NCBI RefSeq assembly: GCF_009914755.1
Contig: NC_060935.1
DNA: 64,000 nt
DNA from: the human T2T-CHM13v2.0 reference genome, Homo sapiens
Direction: 5' to 3' (one strand)
The translations under genes were made by a program, and so were the position numbers. Within the stretch, counting starts at the first letter, position 1, and each line of letters opens with the position of its first letter. The notes beneath the pieces were generated by a model, which saw only the letters and a program-made list of their open reading frames with translations, searched no databases and was not told the DNA's origin. Below are positions 15,613-31,758 of this stretch, one piece after another.

Positions 15613-16086
15613 CAGTATACACTTTTATATGAGATACACATCAACTTAGCAACATTTTGTATAGCAAATTCCCAACTATTGCCCTATCCTCAACCAAACT
15701 GATTCTTAAATATCAACTTCTGGAATGTCTTTAAGGGCCACTGTTACGTAAACGTGACATGTTCTAATGGTACTATTGCAAATGTAGCAATAACTACATT
15801 ACTTCTATGGTGTAAATCCTGAAATAGTTAAGTAAGAGGAAGGTCCAGGCAGACGTTTCTGTTAAGAACTCTCAAGATTTATAGATTATAACTGTAGAGG
15901 CAACTTTTTCATAGCCTTGACATAGCTTTGACATAAACTTTATCATTATGAGCTTTGGAAGCTTTTGATACAGTCCATTCTTCATGTTAACAATTGGAAG
16001 AGAAGACTGAAAACATCATCTTCCTACAATTCATCAGATATCATTTAGAATCATTCTACTAAACACTAGCATGAGAATTCTTTTAC

Positions 16087-16930
<844 letters not shown>

Positions 16931-17316
16931 ATTATAAAACAACCTAAAGATAACTTCAGAGAGTGACAACTTTTCTCACTCTCAGATTTATTTTGTCCTA
17001 TAGCTATCTTCTTTTTTATTTATTTATTTTTAGTGAGCTATGTTTAAAACCTCATGACTTAGAGACAGACCTGTGCTTTCTGACGACTGTTAAAATTGCT
17101 AGAACCACAAGGGCACAGCTAGACAGCAGTGTTGATGTCACCTTAGCTCTTTAACAAGGAAGTGGCTTTTTTTTTTTTTTGCAATAGAAAGGAATAACAA
17201 TGAGTGGTGGGTTTAAAGTTGCAAATTAACAGACGATTATAAAAAGCTTACTTAGCTGTGAAGGCAGAACACACTTGGGTAATAATTTGACATAAATATT
17301 TTCAGTTAAGAATCTC

Positions 17317-17848
<532 letters not shown>

Positions 17849-20800
17849 AGTTATCTTCTTAAATACTCCAGTTGTGAATAATTGGCCTGCAGATATTTTA
17901 ATTGTAAATGCTTCAATTTCTATAAAATGATGATTGTTTAGGTTGCTAATGCAAATTAAGCAGTTGCTTATAAAATGAAGATGAAGAGAATGACTATTTC
18001 AGAGTGTTTTATGATTTTTAGATGTGAAAAAGGAAGATGTGATAAATAGACTCACATTGTATTTGGATGTGAATTTTAAACAAAGCTAATTTTATACATA
18101 ACAGTTGTTCCAGAAAGATTCTATTTACAGAGATTATGTGGTTAGCAAGAAACTCTCTCTCCTTTACAAGCTTACCCAATGAAAAGATGCAGTTACAGTC
18201 ATACTTAACCAACTATTATTATCAGTAATACATACTGCGTTATATTTGTAAAATAAATAAAAACTCTTCCCTTTGAATTTTAATTTTAAGAAGGTTAAGT
18301 GGATAGTCATTACTAAGTGAGGACTGCTAGAAATCAATAAATTTGAATTTCCAAATGTGTATGTCAATTAAAACCTTAGCAAGAACAGAGAAAACCTTTG
18401 AAATGAGGTAGGATTGTTAGTAAAATTGCTTTGCTCGGTGTTCTGCTGTGTCCTATTTACTTGAGATAAGCCTTCCAGGATGCAAGTTAAGAATAGAGAT
18501 GGGTTGCCTGGATGCAAAGGAGAATAAGAAAAAACAGCAACAACATCTAAAATATAAGACTGCTGATATCACAGTAAGTTTGTGTATAGCAGTGGTTTTG
18601 GAAGGAGAGAGAAGAATCTGTAAGTTAGGCTTTCTCTGAGTATTTGGAATACTCTTCAGACTTTATATTATCTTCTGGAAGGATATTGCGTAGATTAGAT
18701 AGTAGCCATATCATTCTCATCCATCCCTTTGGGGGAAAAAAGTGTTCTATCATCACAGAAGTGTGATTGTGGGGAGAAGAATCTTTAACGGATGAAAGCA
18801 GATTACTTTTAGATTTTTGATTTGTCCATGAAGAACTCTAATAAGGGCACTGGTGCTGCAAAATTGAGACTGTCACATAAGTCACTTCAATACCATCCTC
18901 ACTTACCCTGGGAATGGCTGTAACATTACTCAATAAATCATTTTCTGCTAAGAAGCAAAACACTTAGAAGGCTATTACAGTAGCTTCAGGTATTCAGTGG
19001 CAAGGAAAAGATCAACAAGACTATGTAAACTGTATGTATAAAAAATGATTTATACCCGAAACCCCTCCAAATTCCAAACTTTACACATTGTGAAATACAG
19101 TTAGTGTTTTTTGTTTGTTTGTTTGTTTAACTGAAAATAGGAGCATAGCTATTCACTAGAAGGTGCCAAGTCTGCAGTTTCAAAAACTCACCAAAGATAG
19201 GACACAGCATTTTTAATGTCAAGGGGGATTTAGAGGGAGATTTTTGATGAGAGAGGAGTCACCCTACTCAAGGTCTCTTTGAGGGAGATGGCCTTAGTAA
19301 ATAGCAATGAAGCACCACCTCTCAACGGATATTAGGTCACTGATCTGGCATGAATCATTCAACCCAGGTTTCCAAAGTCCCTGCTACCCTGGGGTTGTAG
19401 GAATTCATGGTGAATAGGAAATGAAATAAGGGTCATGTCTGTTTCTTCCTGTAATGCCTTATAGACCTTTTTTCCAGTAGTTTTAAGAAATATTTGCTGG
19501 GAGCTATGCAAGCAAAGTAGAAACTGCTGCTGCTCATATAATTGTTTTCTTCATGAATAAAGACATTTTCTTTGCTGAGGTTGTCAATTCTATATCTTTC
19601 AAAAGCACAGTAATGACATAGAGAATAATAAAACAGTTTTTCCTGATGCAGAAAATGAAAAGAATATAACAACTAATAAAATGGGGAAACAGCAGTGTTT
19701 CATTACATTTCTTACTTTTGTATGAGTCTTTTAAGTTTTACATGTGGTATCACTTAATTCAATTAAATAACTTAGCCAAGCTGAGATACAGCCTCTAGCA
19801 TTTTAACATTTACCCACCAGTCAGATTCAGAACATCAAGATTAGCCCCAGATTGTTGTCAATCTTGGGTACGTGGAGAGATTGATCATTTTTGGGTACAC
19901 AAAAATCCCATGGAGTCTCTAGTAAAGCTTAGAGATTTAGGTGTATTAAAAGTGTATCGGGTCAGCTTTATACACCATTTGGCTTAACAGAGTCTAAAGA
20001 TGGGGGTGGGAGGTGGGGAGAACAGACGTTTCATAATAAGAGGTGGCCAACCTCTCAGAAGTCTTGTCCTTCTTTCAATTTATCCTAGATTTAAAGAGTG
20101 TAAGTCATGCTACATGAGTTCATTGGTTTCATCTCTGAAACCTTAGCATGAATATCTTTTAATAAATATTTATCTAGCACATTTGAGCAATTACAGTTAA
20201 CAACCAGGGAAAAGAAAATTTGCCAAAAAATAGAAAATTAGATTGGATAACTTATAACAAATTATAATTTGACTGTTCCTAATATAGGAATTTCTAATTG
20301 AATGATGGCATCTTTTTCATTTACACTCCACCAAATTCCTTTAACTCATGAGTCAGTGGTCTAGCACCTCCATATTTCACTTTCCACATGGGATGCAATA
20401 ACCTCAATAAAATGAGCATTTTTTTAGTCTACTAAAATAAAGTCAAGTTTAGATAAATGAAGTAAAGATACCAAATCCTAATATATCCCCAAAGAGGGAT
20501 TATATTAGTTCTAGTATTTAAAAAGCAGTTTAGTGGGGTTCTGAATTCAACTCATGTCTCAGATTCAACTAATGTCTAAATTCAGTTGGTTACTCAGATT
20601 TAACAAGTTAATATATTTAATTGTCAAACGATTGTGGATCTTTTATAAGAGACATGAGAATATTGTCATGGTGATGGTTATTTTATAGAACAACGAAAGC
20701 TGGGAAAATAGGAATTTTGGCTACTTTCCCACAATACTCCAAAATAGGATGAAAAAGCCGTAGGAGGTTTCACTTCTTTAACAACTACAGGATTTCCCTT

Positions 20801-23275
20801 TAAAGGATTTTCACCTTCAAAAATAGAACTAAATGCCTAATCTCTGAATATAAATAGGACGCAGCTTGATATCACAAGTTAATTCTAATTTTACACAAAA
20901 ACATAGTGGGATATAATATAAAACAGATGAGGTTAGGAATGAAGGGCTGATAAAACTATAAATATAATATTTATATCATAAAATTAATGAGAATTGATTA
21001 TAAGTGGACTATCCTAAATAGCTTTCAAGGATCTTGATCATAAGTGATGTAATCTCCTGGTTGTGTAGGGATATGCTCTTTAGCTAGAAGTGAGTGATCA
21101 GAACATCTACTAGAGTATTCTCTGCATTAACACCTCTCATGGTTCCCATTCTTCTCTGGAACGCAATTGCATCTTCTGAAAAATGGCAGAAAACAATTTG
21201 CTTCATGGAAACAGGCATGGCCAGGTTGTTTGACTCCTTTAAAAATATAGAGTGAGGGATTCCATCATCCTACAATAAAAAACGTAAGATAGGTCCTGTC
21301 ATGCATAAATCCAGCTGGCAGAAGTTTACTTTCTAGTTTGCCTGCGTGGATTGATTTTGCACAAAGTTTGCTATAATTCCAAGTGGTAATAGCTACTCTG
21401 GAGGTGAAGAGGAAGAGAAGTCCAAGATTAGTTCCTGGAAGAAAAAAAGACTGAAGAGATAATAGGCCTCTGAACACCACACAAATCAACAGAATGGAAA
21501 AGGGCCCAAGGGGAGTTACCTCCATGCAATTGTTTGCAGAGTGATTATCAAGTCCTGGCATCTGGAGCTTAGAATGATTACTGAATTTCTTAGAATTCAA
21601 CATAGAGCTGAACTGAAATTTGCAGGTTGATTTACTGAGGAAGCTCCCTGAAATCCTTACCAACTTAAGTTGTGGGAACTTCAGACAAAGCTCCTTGTCC
21701 CTTCTCTTACCTCCTTATTTAGAGTTTTCTTTCAGTTCCTCACTTTTCAATGCAGTATGTAGATGCCTCAACGTCCTGGAAAAATTACTTCTTTTTTTAA
21801 TTATTATACTTTAAGTTCTGACATACATATGCAGAACGTGCATGTTTGTTATGTAGGTATAGATGTGCCATAGTGGTTTGCTGCACTCATCAACCAGTCA
21901 TCTACATTAGGTATTTCTCCTAAGGCTATCTCTCCTCTTGTCCCCTACCCCCCAACAGGACCCAGTGTGTGATGTTTCTCTCCCTGTGTCCATGTATTCT
22001 CATTGTTCAACTCCCACTTATGAGTGAGAACATGCAGTGTTTGGTTTTTCTGTTCCTGTGTTAGTTTGCTGAGAATGATGGTTTCTAGCTTCATCCATGT
22101 CCCTGCAAAAGACATGAACTCATCCTTTTCTATGGCTGCATAGTATTCCAGGGTGCATATGTGCCACATTTTCTTTATCCAGTCTATCATTGCTGGGCAT
22201 TTGGGTTGGTTCCAAGTCTTTGCTATGGGAAACAGTGTTGCAATAAACATATGTGCATGTGTCTTTATATTAGAATGATTTATAATCTTTGGGTATATAC
22301 CCAGTAATGAGATCCATGGGTCAAATGGTATTTCTGGTTCCAGATCCTTGAGGAACCACCACACTGTCTCCCACAATGGTTGAATTAACTTACACTCCCA
22401 CCAGTGGTGTGAAAGCATTCCTATTTCTCCACATCCTCTCCAGCATCTGTTGTTTCCCGACTTTTTAATGATTGCCATTCTAACTGGTGTGAGATGGGAT
22501 CTCATTGTGTTTTTGCTTTGCATTTCTCTAATGACCAGTAATGATGTGCTTTTTTTTCATATGTTTGTTGGCTGCATAAATGTCTTCTTTTGAGAAGTGT
22601 CTGAACAGACACTTTTTGATGGGGTTGTTTGTTTTTTTCTTGTAAATTTGTCTAAGTTCCTTATAGATTCTGGATATTAGCCCTTTGTCAGATGGATAGA
22701 TTGCAAAAATTTTTTCCCATTCTGTAGGTTGCCTGTTCACTCCGATGATAGTTTCTTTTACTGTGCAGAAGCTTTTAAGTTTAATTAGATCCCATTTGTC
22801 AATTTTGGCTTTTGTTGCCATTGCTTTTGGTGTTTTAGTCATGAAGTTTTTGCCCATGCCTATGTCCTGAATGGTATTGCCTAGGTTTTCTTCTAGGGTT
22901 TTTATGGTTTTAGGTCTTACGTTTAAGTCTTTAATCCATCTTCAGTTAATTTTTGCATAAGGCATAAGGAAGGGGTCCAGTTTCAGCTTTCTGCATATGG
23001 CTAGCCAGTTTTCCCACACCATTTATTAAATAGGGAATCCTTTCCCCATTGCTTGTTTTTGTCAGGTTTGTCAAGGATCAGTTGGTTGTAGGATGATGGT
23101 TGGTGTTATTTCTGAGGCCTCTGTTCTGTTCCATTGGTTTATATCTTTGTTTTGGTACCAGTACCATGCTGTTTTGGTTACTGTAGCCTCGTAGTATAGT
23201 TTGAAGTCAGGTAGTGTGATGCCTCCAGCTTTAATCTTTTTGCTTAGGACTGTCTTGGCTATATGTGCTCTTTTT

Positions 23276-23736
23276 TTTTTTTCAGTTTTTTGGGTTTTTT
23301 ATTTCTATTTCTTATTTTTATTTTTTCCTTTTTTTTAATTATACTTTAAGTTCTAGGGTACATGTGCACAACATGCAGGTTTGTTACATATGTGTACATG
23401 TGCCATGTTGGTGTGCTGTACCCATTAACTCATCATTTACATTAGGTATATCTCCTAATGCTTTCCCTCCCCCCTTCTCCTACCCCACAACAGGCCCCGG
23501 TTTGTGATGTTCCCCTTCCTGTGCCCAAGTGTTGTCATTGTTCAATTCCCACCTATGAGTCCAATAGCAAAGACTCGGAACCAACCCAAATGTCCATCAA
23601 TGATAGACTGGATTAAGAAAATGTGACACATATACACCATGGAATACTATGCAGCCATAAAAAAGGATGAGTTCATGTCCTTTGTAGGGACACAGATGAA
23701 GCTGGAAACCATCATTCTCAGCAAACTATCACAAGA
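23276..23736 (-). mobile_element. Short younger L1PA (PA4/PA5-like) with 5' inversion, nested in the L1PA7
   Basis: 15-bp TSD ATATGTGCTCTTTTT (23261-23275 / 23737-23751); 3' UTR on the - strand to 23560, inverted segment on the + strand 23561-23736. Confidence 0.9.
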
Positions 23737-24571
23737 ATATGTGCTCTTTTTAGGTTTCATATGAAATTTAAAGTAATTTAGTTCTAATTCTATAAAGAAA
23801 GTCAATAGCAGCTTGATGGGCATAGCATTGAATCTCTAAATTACTTTGGGCCATATGGTCATTTTCACAATATTGATTCTTCCTATCCATGAGAATGGAA
23901 TGTTTTCCTATTTGTTTGTGTTTTCTCTTATTTCCTTGAGCAGTGGTTTGTAATTCTCTTTGAAGAGGTCCTTCACATCCCTTGTTAGTTGTATTCCTAA
24001 GTATTTTATTTTCTTTATAGCAATTGTGAATGAGAGTTCACTCATGATTTGGCTCTCTGTTTGTCTATTATTGGTGTAGAGGAATACTCATGATTTTTGC
24101 GCATTGATTTTGTATCCTGAGACTTTGCTGAAGTTGCTTATCAGGTTATAAGAAGATTTTGGGCTGAGGCAATGGGATTTTCTAAATATGCCATGATGTC
24201 ATCTGCAAACAGAGACAATTTGACTTCCTCTCTTCCTATTTGAATACTTTTATTTCTTTCCCTTGTCTGATTGCCATGGCCAGAACTTCCAATACTATGT
24301 TGAATAGGAGTGGTGAGAGAGAGCATCCTTGTCATGTGCCAGTTTTCAAAGGGAATGCATCCACCTTTTGCCCTTTCATTATGACATTGGCTACGGGTTT
24401 GTCATAAATAGCTCTTATTATTTTGAGATATGTTCCATTAATACCTAGTTTATTGAGAGTTTATAGCATGAAGCGGTGTTGAATTTTATCAAAGGCCTTT
24501 TATGCATCTATTGAGATAATCATTTGGCTTTTGTCAATGGTTCTGTTTATGTGATGGATTATGTTTATTGA

Positions 24572-25051
<480 letters not shown>

Positions 25052-26224
25052 AAAGTTTTCTTTTTTTTTTGTTGTGTCTCTGCCAGATTTTGGTATCAGG
25101 ATGATGCTGGCCTCATAAAGTGAGTTAGGGAGGAGTCATTTTTTTCTACTGTTTGGAATAGTTTCAGAAGGAGTTGTAACAGCTCCTCTTTGTACCTCCT
25201 GCAGAATTTGGCTGTGAATCCATCTGATCTTGGGCATTTTTTGGTTGGTAGTCTATTAATTACTGCCTCAATTTCAGAACTTGTTATTGTTCTATTCAGG
25301 GATTTGCCTTCTCCCTGGTTTAGTCTTGGGAGGGTGTGTGTGTCCAGGAATTTATCCATTTCTTCCAGATTTTCCAGTTTATTTGTGTAGTGGTGTTCAT
25401 AGTATTCTCTGATGGTAGTTTGTATTTTTGTGGGATTGGCGGAGATATCCCCTTTATCATTTTTTATTGTGTCTACTTGAATCTTCTCTCTTTTCTTCTT
25501 TATTAGTCTGGCTAGCAGTATAGCTATTTTGTTAATCTTTCCAAAAAACCAGTTCATGGATTCATTGATTTTTTTTTTGAAGAGTTTTTCATGTCTCTGT
25601 CTCCTTCAGTTCTGCTCTGGTCTTAGTTATTTCTTGCCTTCTGCTAGCTTTTGAATGTGTTTGCTCTTGCTTCTCTAGTTCTTTTAATTGTGATGTTGGG
25701 GTGCCTATTTTAGATCTTTCTCGCTTTCTCCTGTGGGCATTCGGTTCTCTAAATATCTCTACAGACCATCAAAACTATGAAGAAACTGCATCAACTAATG
25801 GACAAAATAACCAGCTAGCATCATAATGACAGGATCAAATTCACACATAACAATATTAACCTTAAATGTAAACAGGCTAAAGGCCTCAATTAAAAGACAC
25901 AGACTGGCAAATTGGATAAAGAGTCAAGACCCATCTGTGTGCTATATTCAGGATACCCATCTCACATGCAGAGATACACATAGCCTCAAAAAAGGGGATA
26001 GAGGAATATTTACCAAGAAAATGGAAAGCAAAAAAAAAAAAAAAAAAAAGCAAGGGTTATAATTCCAGTCCCTGATAAAACAGACTCTAAAACAACAAAG
26101 ATCAAAAAAGGCAAAGAAGGGCATTACATAATGCTAAAGAGATCAATGCAACAAGAAGAGCTAACTATCCTAAATATATATGCACCCAATACAAGAGCAC
26201 CCAGATTCATAAAGCAAGTTCTTT

Positions 26225-27935
26225 TGAGAGGTGACAGCATGCTGGCAGTCCTCAGAGCCCTCGCTTGCTCTCGGCACCTCCGCTGCCTGGGCTCCCACTT
26301 TGGTGGCATTTGAGGAGCCCTTCAGCCCCCCCACTGCACTGTGGGAGCCCCTTTCTGGGCTGGCCAAGGCTGGAGCCCACTTCCTCAGCTTGCAGGGAGG
26401 TGTGGAGGGAGAGACACGAGCAGGAACCGGGGCTGCGTGCGGCACTTGCGGGCCAGCTGGAGTTCCGGGTGGGCGTGGGCTTGGTGGGCCCCGCACTCGG
26501 AGCAGCCAGCCAGCCCTGCTGGCCCCGGACAATGGGGGACTTAGCACCCGGTCCAGTGGCTGCGGAGGGTGTACTGAGTCCCCCAGCAGTGCTGGCCCAC
26601 TGGCGGGCGCTGCACTCGATTTCTCGCCGGGCCTTGGCTGCCTTCCCACGGGGCAGGGCTCGGACCTGCAGCCTGCCATGCCTGAGCCTCCCACCCACTC
26701 CATGGGCTCCTTTCCAGCCTGAGCCTCCCTGACGAGCGCCACCCCCTGCCCCATGGCGCCCAGTCCCATCGACCACCCAAGGGCTAAGGAATGCGAGTGC
26801 ACTGCGCAGGACTGGCAGGCAGCTCCACCTGCAGCCCCGGTGCGGGATCCACTAGGTGAAGCCAGGTGGGCTCCTGAGTCTGGTGGGGACGTGGAGAGTC
26901 TTTATATCTAGCTCAGGGATTGTAAATACACCAATCAGCACCCTGTGTTTAGCTCAAGGTTTGTGAGTGCACCAATCGACACTCCGTATCTAGCTGCTCT
27001 GGTGAGGACGTGGAGAACCTTTATGTCTAGCTCAATGATTGTAAATACACCAATCGGCACTGTGTATCTAGCTCAAGGTTTGTAAACACACCAATCAGCA
27101 CCCTGTGCTTAGCTCAAGGTTTGTGAGTGCACCAATCGACACTGTATCTAGCTGCTCTGGTGAGGACGTGGATAACCTTTATGTCTAGCTCAAGGATTGT
27201 AAATACACCAATCGGCACTCTGTATCTAGCTCAAGGTTTGTAAACACACCAATCAGCACCCTGTGTTTAGCTCAAGGTTTGTGAATGCACCAATTGACAC
27301 TCTGTATCTAGCTGCTCTGGTGGGGCCTTGGAGAACCTGTGTGTGGAAACTCTGTATCTAACTAATGTGATGGGGACGTGGAGAACCTTTGTATCTAGCT
27401 CAGGGATTGTAAATGCACCAATCAGCGCCCTGACAAAACAGGCCACTCGGCTCTACCAATCAGCAGGGTGTGGGTGGGGCCAGATAAGAGAATAAAAGCA
27501 GGCTGCCCGAGCCAGCATTGGCAACCTGCTCGGGTCCCCTTCCACACTGTGGAAGCTTTGTTCTTTTGCTCTTTGCAATAAATCTTGCTACTGCTCACTC
27601 TTTGGGTCCACGCTGCTTTTATGAGCTGTAACACTCACCGCAAAGATCTGCAGCTTCACTCCTGAGCCCAGCGAGACCACGAGCCCACCAGGAGGAACGA
27701 ACAACTCCAGACGCGCTGCCTTAAGAGCTGTCACACTCACCGCGAAGGTCGGCAGCTTCACTCCTGAGCCAGCGAGACCACGAACCCACCAGAAGGAAGA
27801 AACTCTGAACACATCTGAACATCAGAAGGGACAGACTCCAGACGCGCCACCTTAAGAGCTGTAACACTCACCGCGAGGGTCCGCAGCTTCATTCTTGAAG
27901 TCAGTGAGACCAAGAACCCACCAATTCCGGACACA
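26225..27935 (+). mobile_element. LTR12C (HERV9) solo LTR
   Basis: tgagaggtgacagc...ccaattccggacaca termini; 4-bp TSD CTTT; GC-rich U3; ~41-bp tandem enhancer repeats. Confidence 0.95.
26900..27500 (+). promoter_or_regulatory. LTR12C U3 enhancer/promoter: tandem CCAAT (NF-Y) and GATA repeats, then an AATAAAA TATA-like box
   Basis: 10 CCAAT boxes counted 26931-27460; repeated tatcta; cagataag at 27481 and aataaaa at 27491; activity inferred from the family. Confidence 0.75.
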
Positions 27936-28465
27936 CTTTGAGACCTACAAAGAGATTTAGACTCCCATCCAATAATAGTGGGAGACTTTAACACCCACTG
28001 TCAATATTAGACAGATCAATGAGACAGAAAATTAACAAGGATATTCAGGACTTGAACTCAGCTCTGAACCAAGTGGACCTAATAGACATCCACAGAACTC
28101 TCCACTACAAATCAACAGAATATACATTCTTCTTAGCATCACATCACACTGATTCTAAAGTTGACCACATAATTGAAAATAAGACACTTCCCAGCAAATG
28201 CCAAAAAGAAATGGAAATCATAACAAAGAGTCTCTCAGATCACAGTACAATCAAATTAGAACTCAGGATTAAGAAACTCACTCAAAACCACATAACTACA
28301 TTGAAACTGAACTGATCCTGAATGACTACTGGGTAAACAACAAAATTAAGGCAGAAATAAATAAGGTCTTTGAAGCCAATGAGAACAAAGACACAATGTA
28401 CCAGAATCTCTGGGACACAGCTAAAGCAGTGTTTAGAGGGAGAAATTACTCCTTGAATAGTTTAA

Positions 28466-28810
<345 letters not shown>

Positions 28811-29741
28811 TGAAAGAAGACATAATTTCAGATCCAGAGGACTATTTTTGAAGACCACCAGTCACGATTAATCCTGGGAGTTCTCTTTGGATTGCCTCAT
28901 AAGGAGGTAGTTGGGAAATATGGCTTTCTCTCTTCCAGCAGGAGAGTCTAAAACTTCCCACATTACTTAAGACTTTCCTTTTTCTTCAATAAGAGGAGGC
29001 ACATTCAAACTCAATGTGCCATTTGTTCAGGGACCTTCAAGTTCTCCAGATGCTACACCTCTGGTTTCTGTATTCAATCCTATAAACCTCTGGAAGCAAA
29101 TATCAGGTTGCCTGGCGACTGGACTCAAACTGTGTCTGTGACTCCCAAACTCTTGCATGATGTGTCTCACTCTTAGTCTACAAAAAGCAGAGAAAGTGAG
29201 AGGTAGAGCAACATCTTCTACTGGGGTCCATCTCGATGATAGATTCAGCAAGCCTAAGCATGCCTTTTCATGGGATGCCAAGAAAAGAGGAACCCCTATA
29301 TCCTTTTAGGACTTTCTGACTCTGAGCCCAGAGTATACTAAGTAATGGCCTGAGTATCAAATTTAAAAAGATACTAGTTCAAATTCTGAGAGTCTGCCTT
29401 AGTTTCTTTTAAAAGGATTCATAAAACAGAAGGATAAAAGGATTATAATTCAAATGCCAAACCACACAAAACTATTCAAAATTAGGAGGCCTATTTGACC
29501 CAATAATTCCTCTTCTGAAATTGACCTTATTAGGAAGAAATAGATTTATGTAAGAGAAAAAGTGGGAGGCTGACTACAATTTTCACAAAATACAAACTGG
29601 AAAAAGATCACTTTTTAAAAATAAAAATGAATTAGAAATATCTAATTTATATCATTATTTTGGCTTCAGCCATATAACAAACACCTCTGATTACTGAAGA
29701 TAAAGGGCTGGGTAATTATGATAATAGAAGAAAGAATATCT

Positions 29742-30141
<400 letters not shown>

Positions 30142-30283
30142 TTATATTAATGAAAAGCAAAATACAAATTTTTGTACTTACTACTAAGTATTTTATGAAA
30201 TATATATTTAATGAAAGTGTAAAAACAGTGTAAATACTCCAAAGTGTTAACAATGGCATTTCTGAAATTGTCATATATAACTC

Positions 30284-30584
30284 TTTTTTATTTTTATTTT
30301 CTTAAAAAGACATAGTCTTGCTCTGTCACTTAGGCTGGAGTACAGTCGTGATCATAGCTCACTGCAACCACAAACTCCTGGGCTCAAGTAATCTCCCACC
30401 TCAGCCTCATGAGTAAATAGGACTACAGAAGTGGGCCACATGTTTGGCTAATTTTTAGATATTTTTTACAGATGGGATCTCACTGTGTTGCCCAAGCTGG
30501 TCTCGAACTCCTGGCCTCATGCAATATTCCAGCCTTGACTTCCCAATGTGCAGAGATTATATGCGTGAGCCACTGTGACGGGCC
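30284..30584 (-). mobile_element. AluJ
   Basis: Diverged dimer; gatcatagctcactgc and ctgggctcaag J-type motifs. Confidence 0.88.
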
Positions 30585-30804
30585 TACTATGTATAATGAT
30601 TAATTCTGCTTTTTTGTTGTTTTCCAAATTTCTGGTAACATTATTTCCTTTCTAACTAAAAATTTAATTGAAAAATGTTTTAAATAGAAAAACTTATGTT
30701 TTGTTGTATTTATTTATTTACCTCCACCTCTGGGTGGCTCATTTGAGTATGATATTGACAGAATAGCCTAATAGCTGAGCGTATTTTCTTTTTACCTTGC
30801 AGCC

Positions 30805-31066
30805 TACATTCAGATTCCATCTCTGCTTGATATTAGCCACGTAACCTTGTGAAAATTAAGTTGGTTTCACAGTGCCTTCATATACTCATTTGTGAAAGAG
30901 AAAAAGGTATCTACATATTAAACATGTAGCCTTGGAAAAGTTAATTGACCACAGACTTTTCAACTGAAAATAATGCAAATAAAAGTATCTAAATTGTTGA
31001 GTTCTAGAAAACGATTGAGTTAATATGAATCAAGCAATTAGCTTCTGGCACATAGTAAACTCTCAG
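30805..31066 (+). mobile_element. MIR fragments
   Basis: gtaaccttgtgaaaatta...catttgtgaaa and ctggcacatagtaaactctca MIR core/tail motifs. Confidence 0.5.
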
Positions 31067-31350
<284 letters not shown>

Positions 31351-31758
31351 AACCCCAATACATGTTAACTCTCGCTTTTGCTGTCAAATTTTAGACTATA
31401 TATTAACCTATGTCATGTGTAATATTTAGATACAAATAACATCATCACACAAGAATATTTAGATAATGCTAATAATTCAAATGATTTTATGCTAAAATTT
31501 GGTACTATAACTTTCTTCTTCAGGTTTAATTGCCAGAAGTGAGTTTTTACACCAAGTTTTCACCTACAGTGCTATGCCACAGTGTAGCACCAAAAAGGGT
31601 TACTATGATTTCAAAGTATATTTTCTTGCCTGTTCATGATAGTATCTAAAATCAGGAAAAAATATTTTCTGAATACTTACAGAAATAAAAAATATTCTAT
31701 AACATTGATAGGAGCAATCTACTTTCATACAAAAATGAGTCTTGAACATATACAACCT

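Larger units (their letters stand above)
25761..28441 (+). mobile_element. Inverted 5' segment of the same L1PA7 (ORF1 end plus ORF2 endonuclease domain), split by LTR12C
   Basis: MTGSNSHITILTLNVN ORF2 start at 25826; ends ...gcagtgtttagaggga, where the - strand part resumes in the L1 consensus; TSD approximately AAATTACT(T/C)CTT at 21782 and 28443. Confidence 0.88.

Noticed and set aside
21265-21663. 132-aa minus-strand ORF in unique DNA
   Set aside because: Non-ATG start, no recognisable motif; length compatible with chance
26170-26802. Overlapping GC-rich ORFs of 155-210 aa and a CpG-island-like region
   Set aside because: They lie almost entirely within the LTR12C U3; the same pseudo-ORFs recur in the second LTR12 (47540-48245); these are stop-poor GC-rich frames, not genes
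26900-27430. Regular ~41-bp repeats resembling a CRISPR array
   Set aside because: Units are tandem without unique spacers and are the known LTR12 enhancer repeats; the DNA is primate and there are no cas genes
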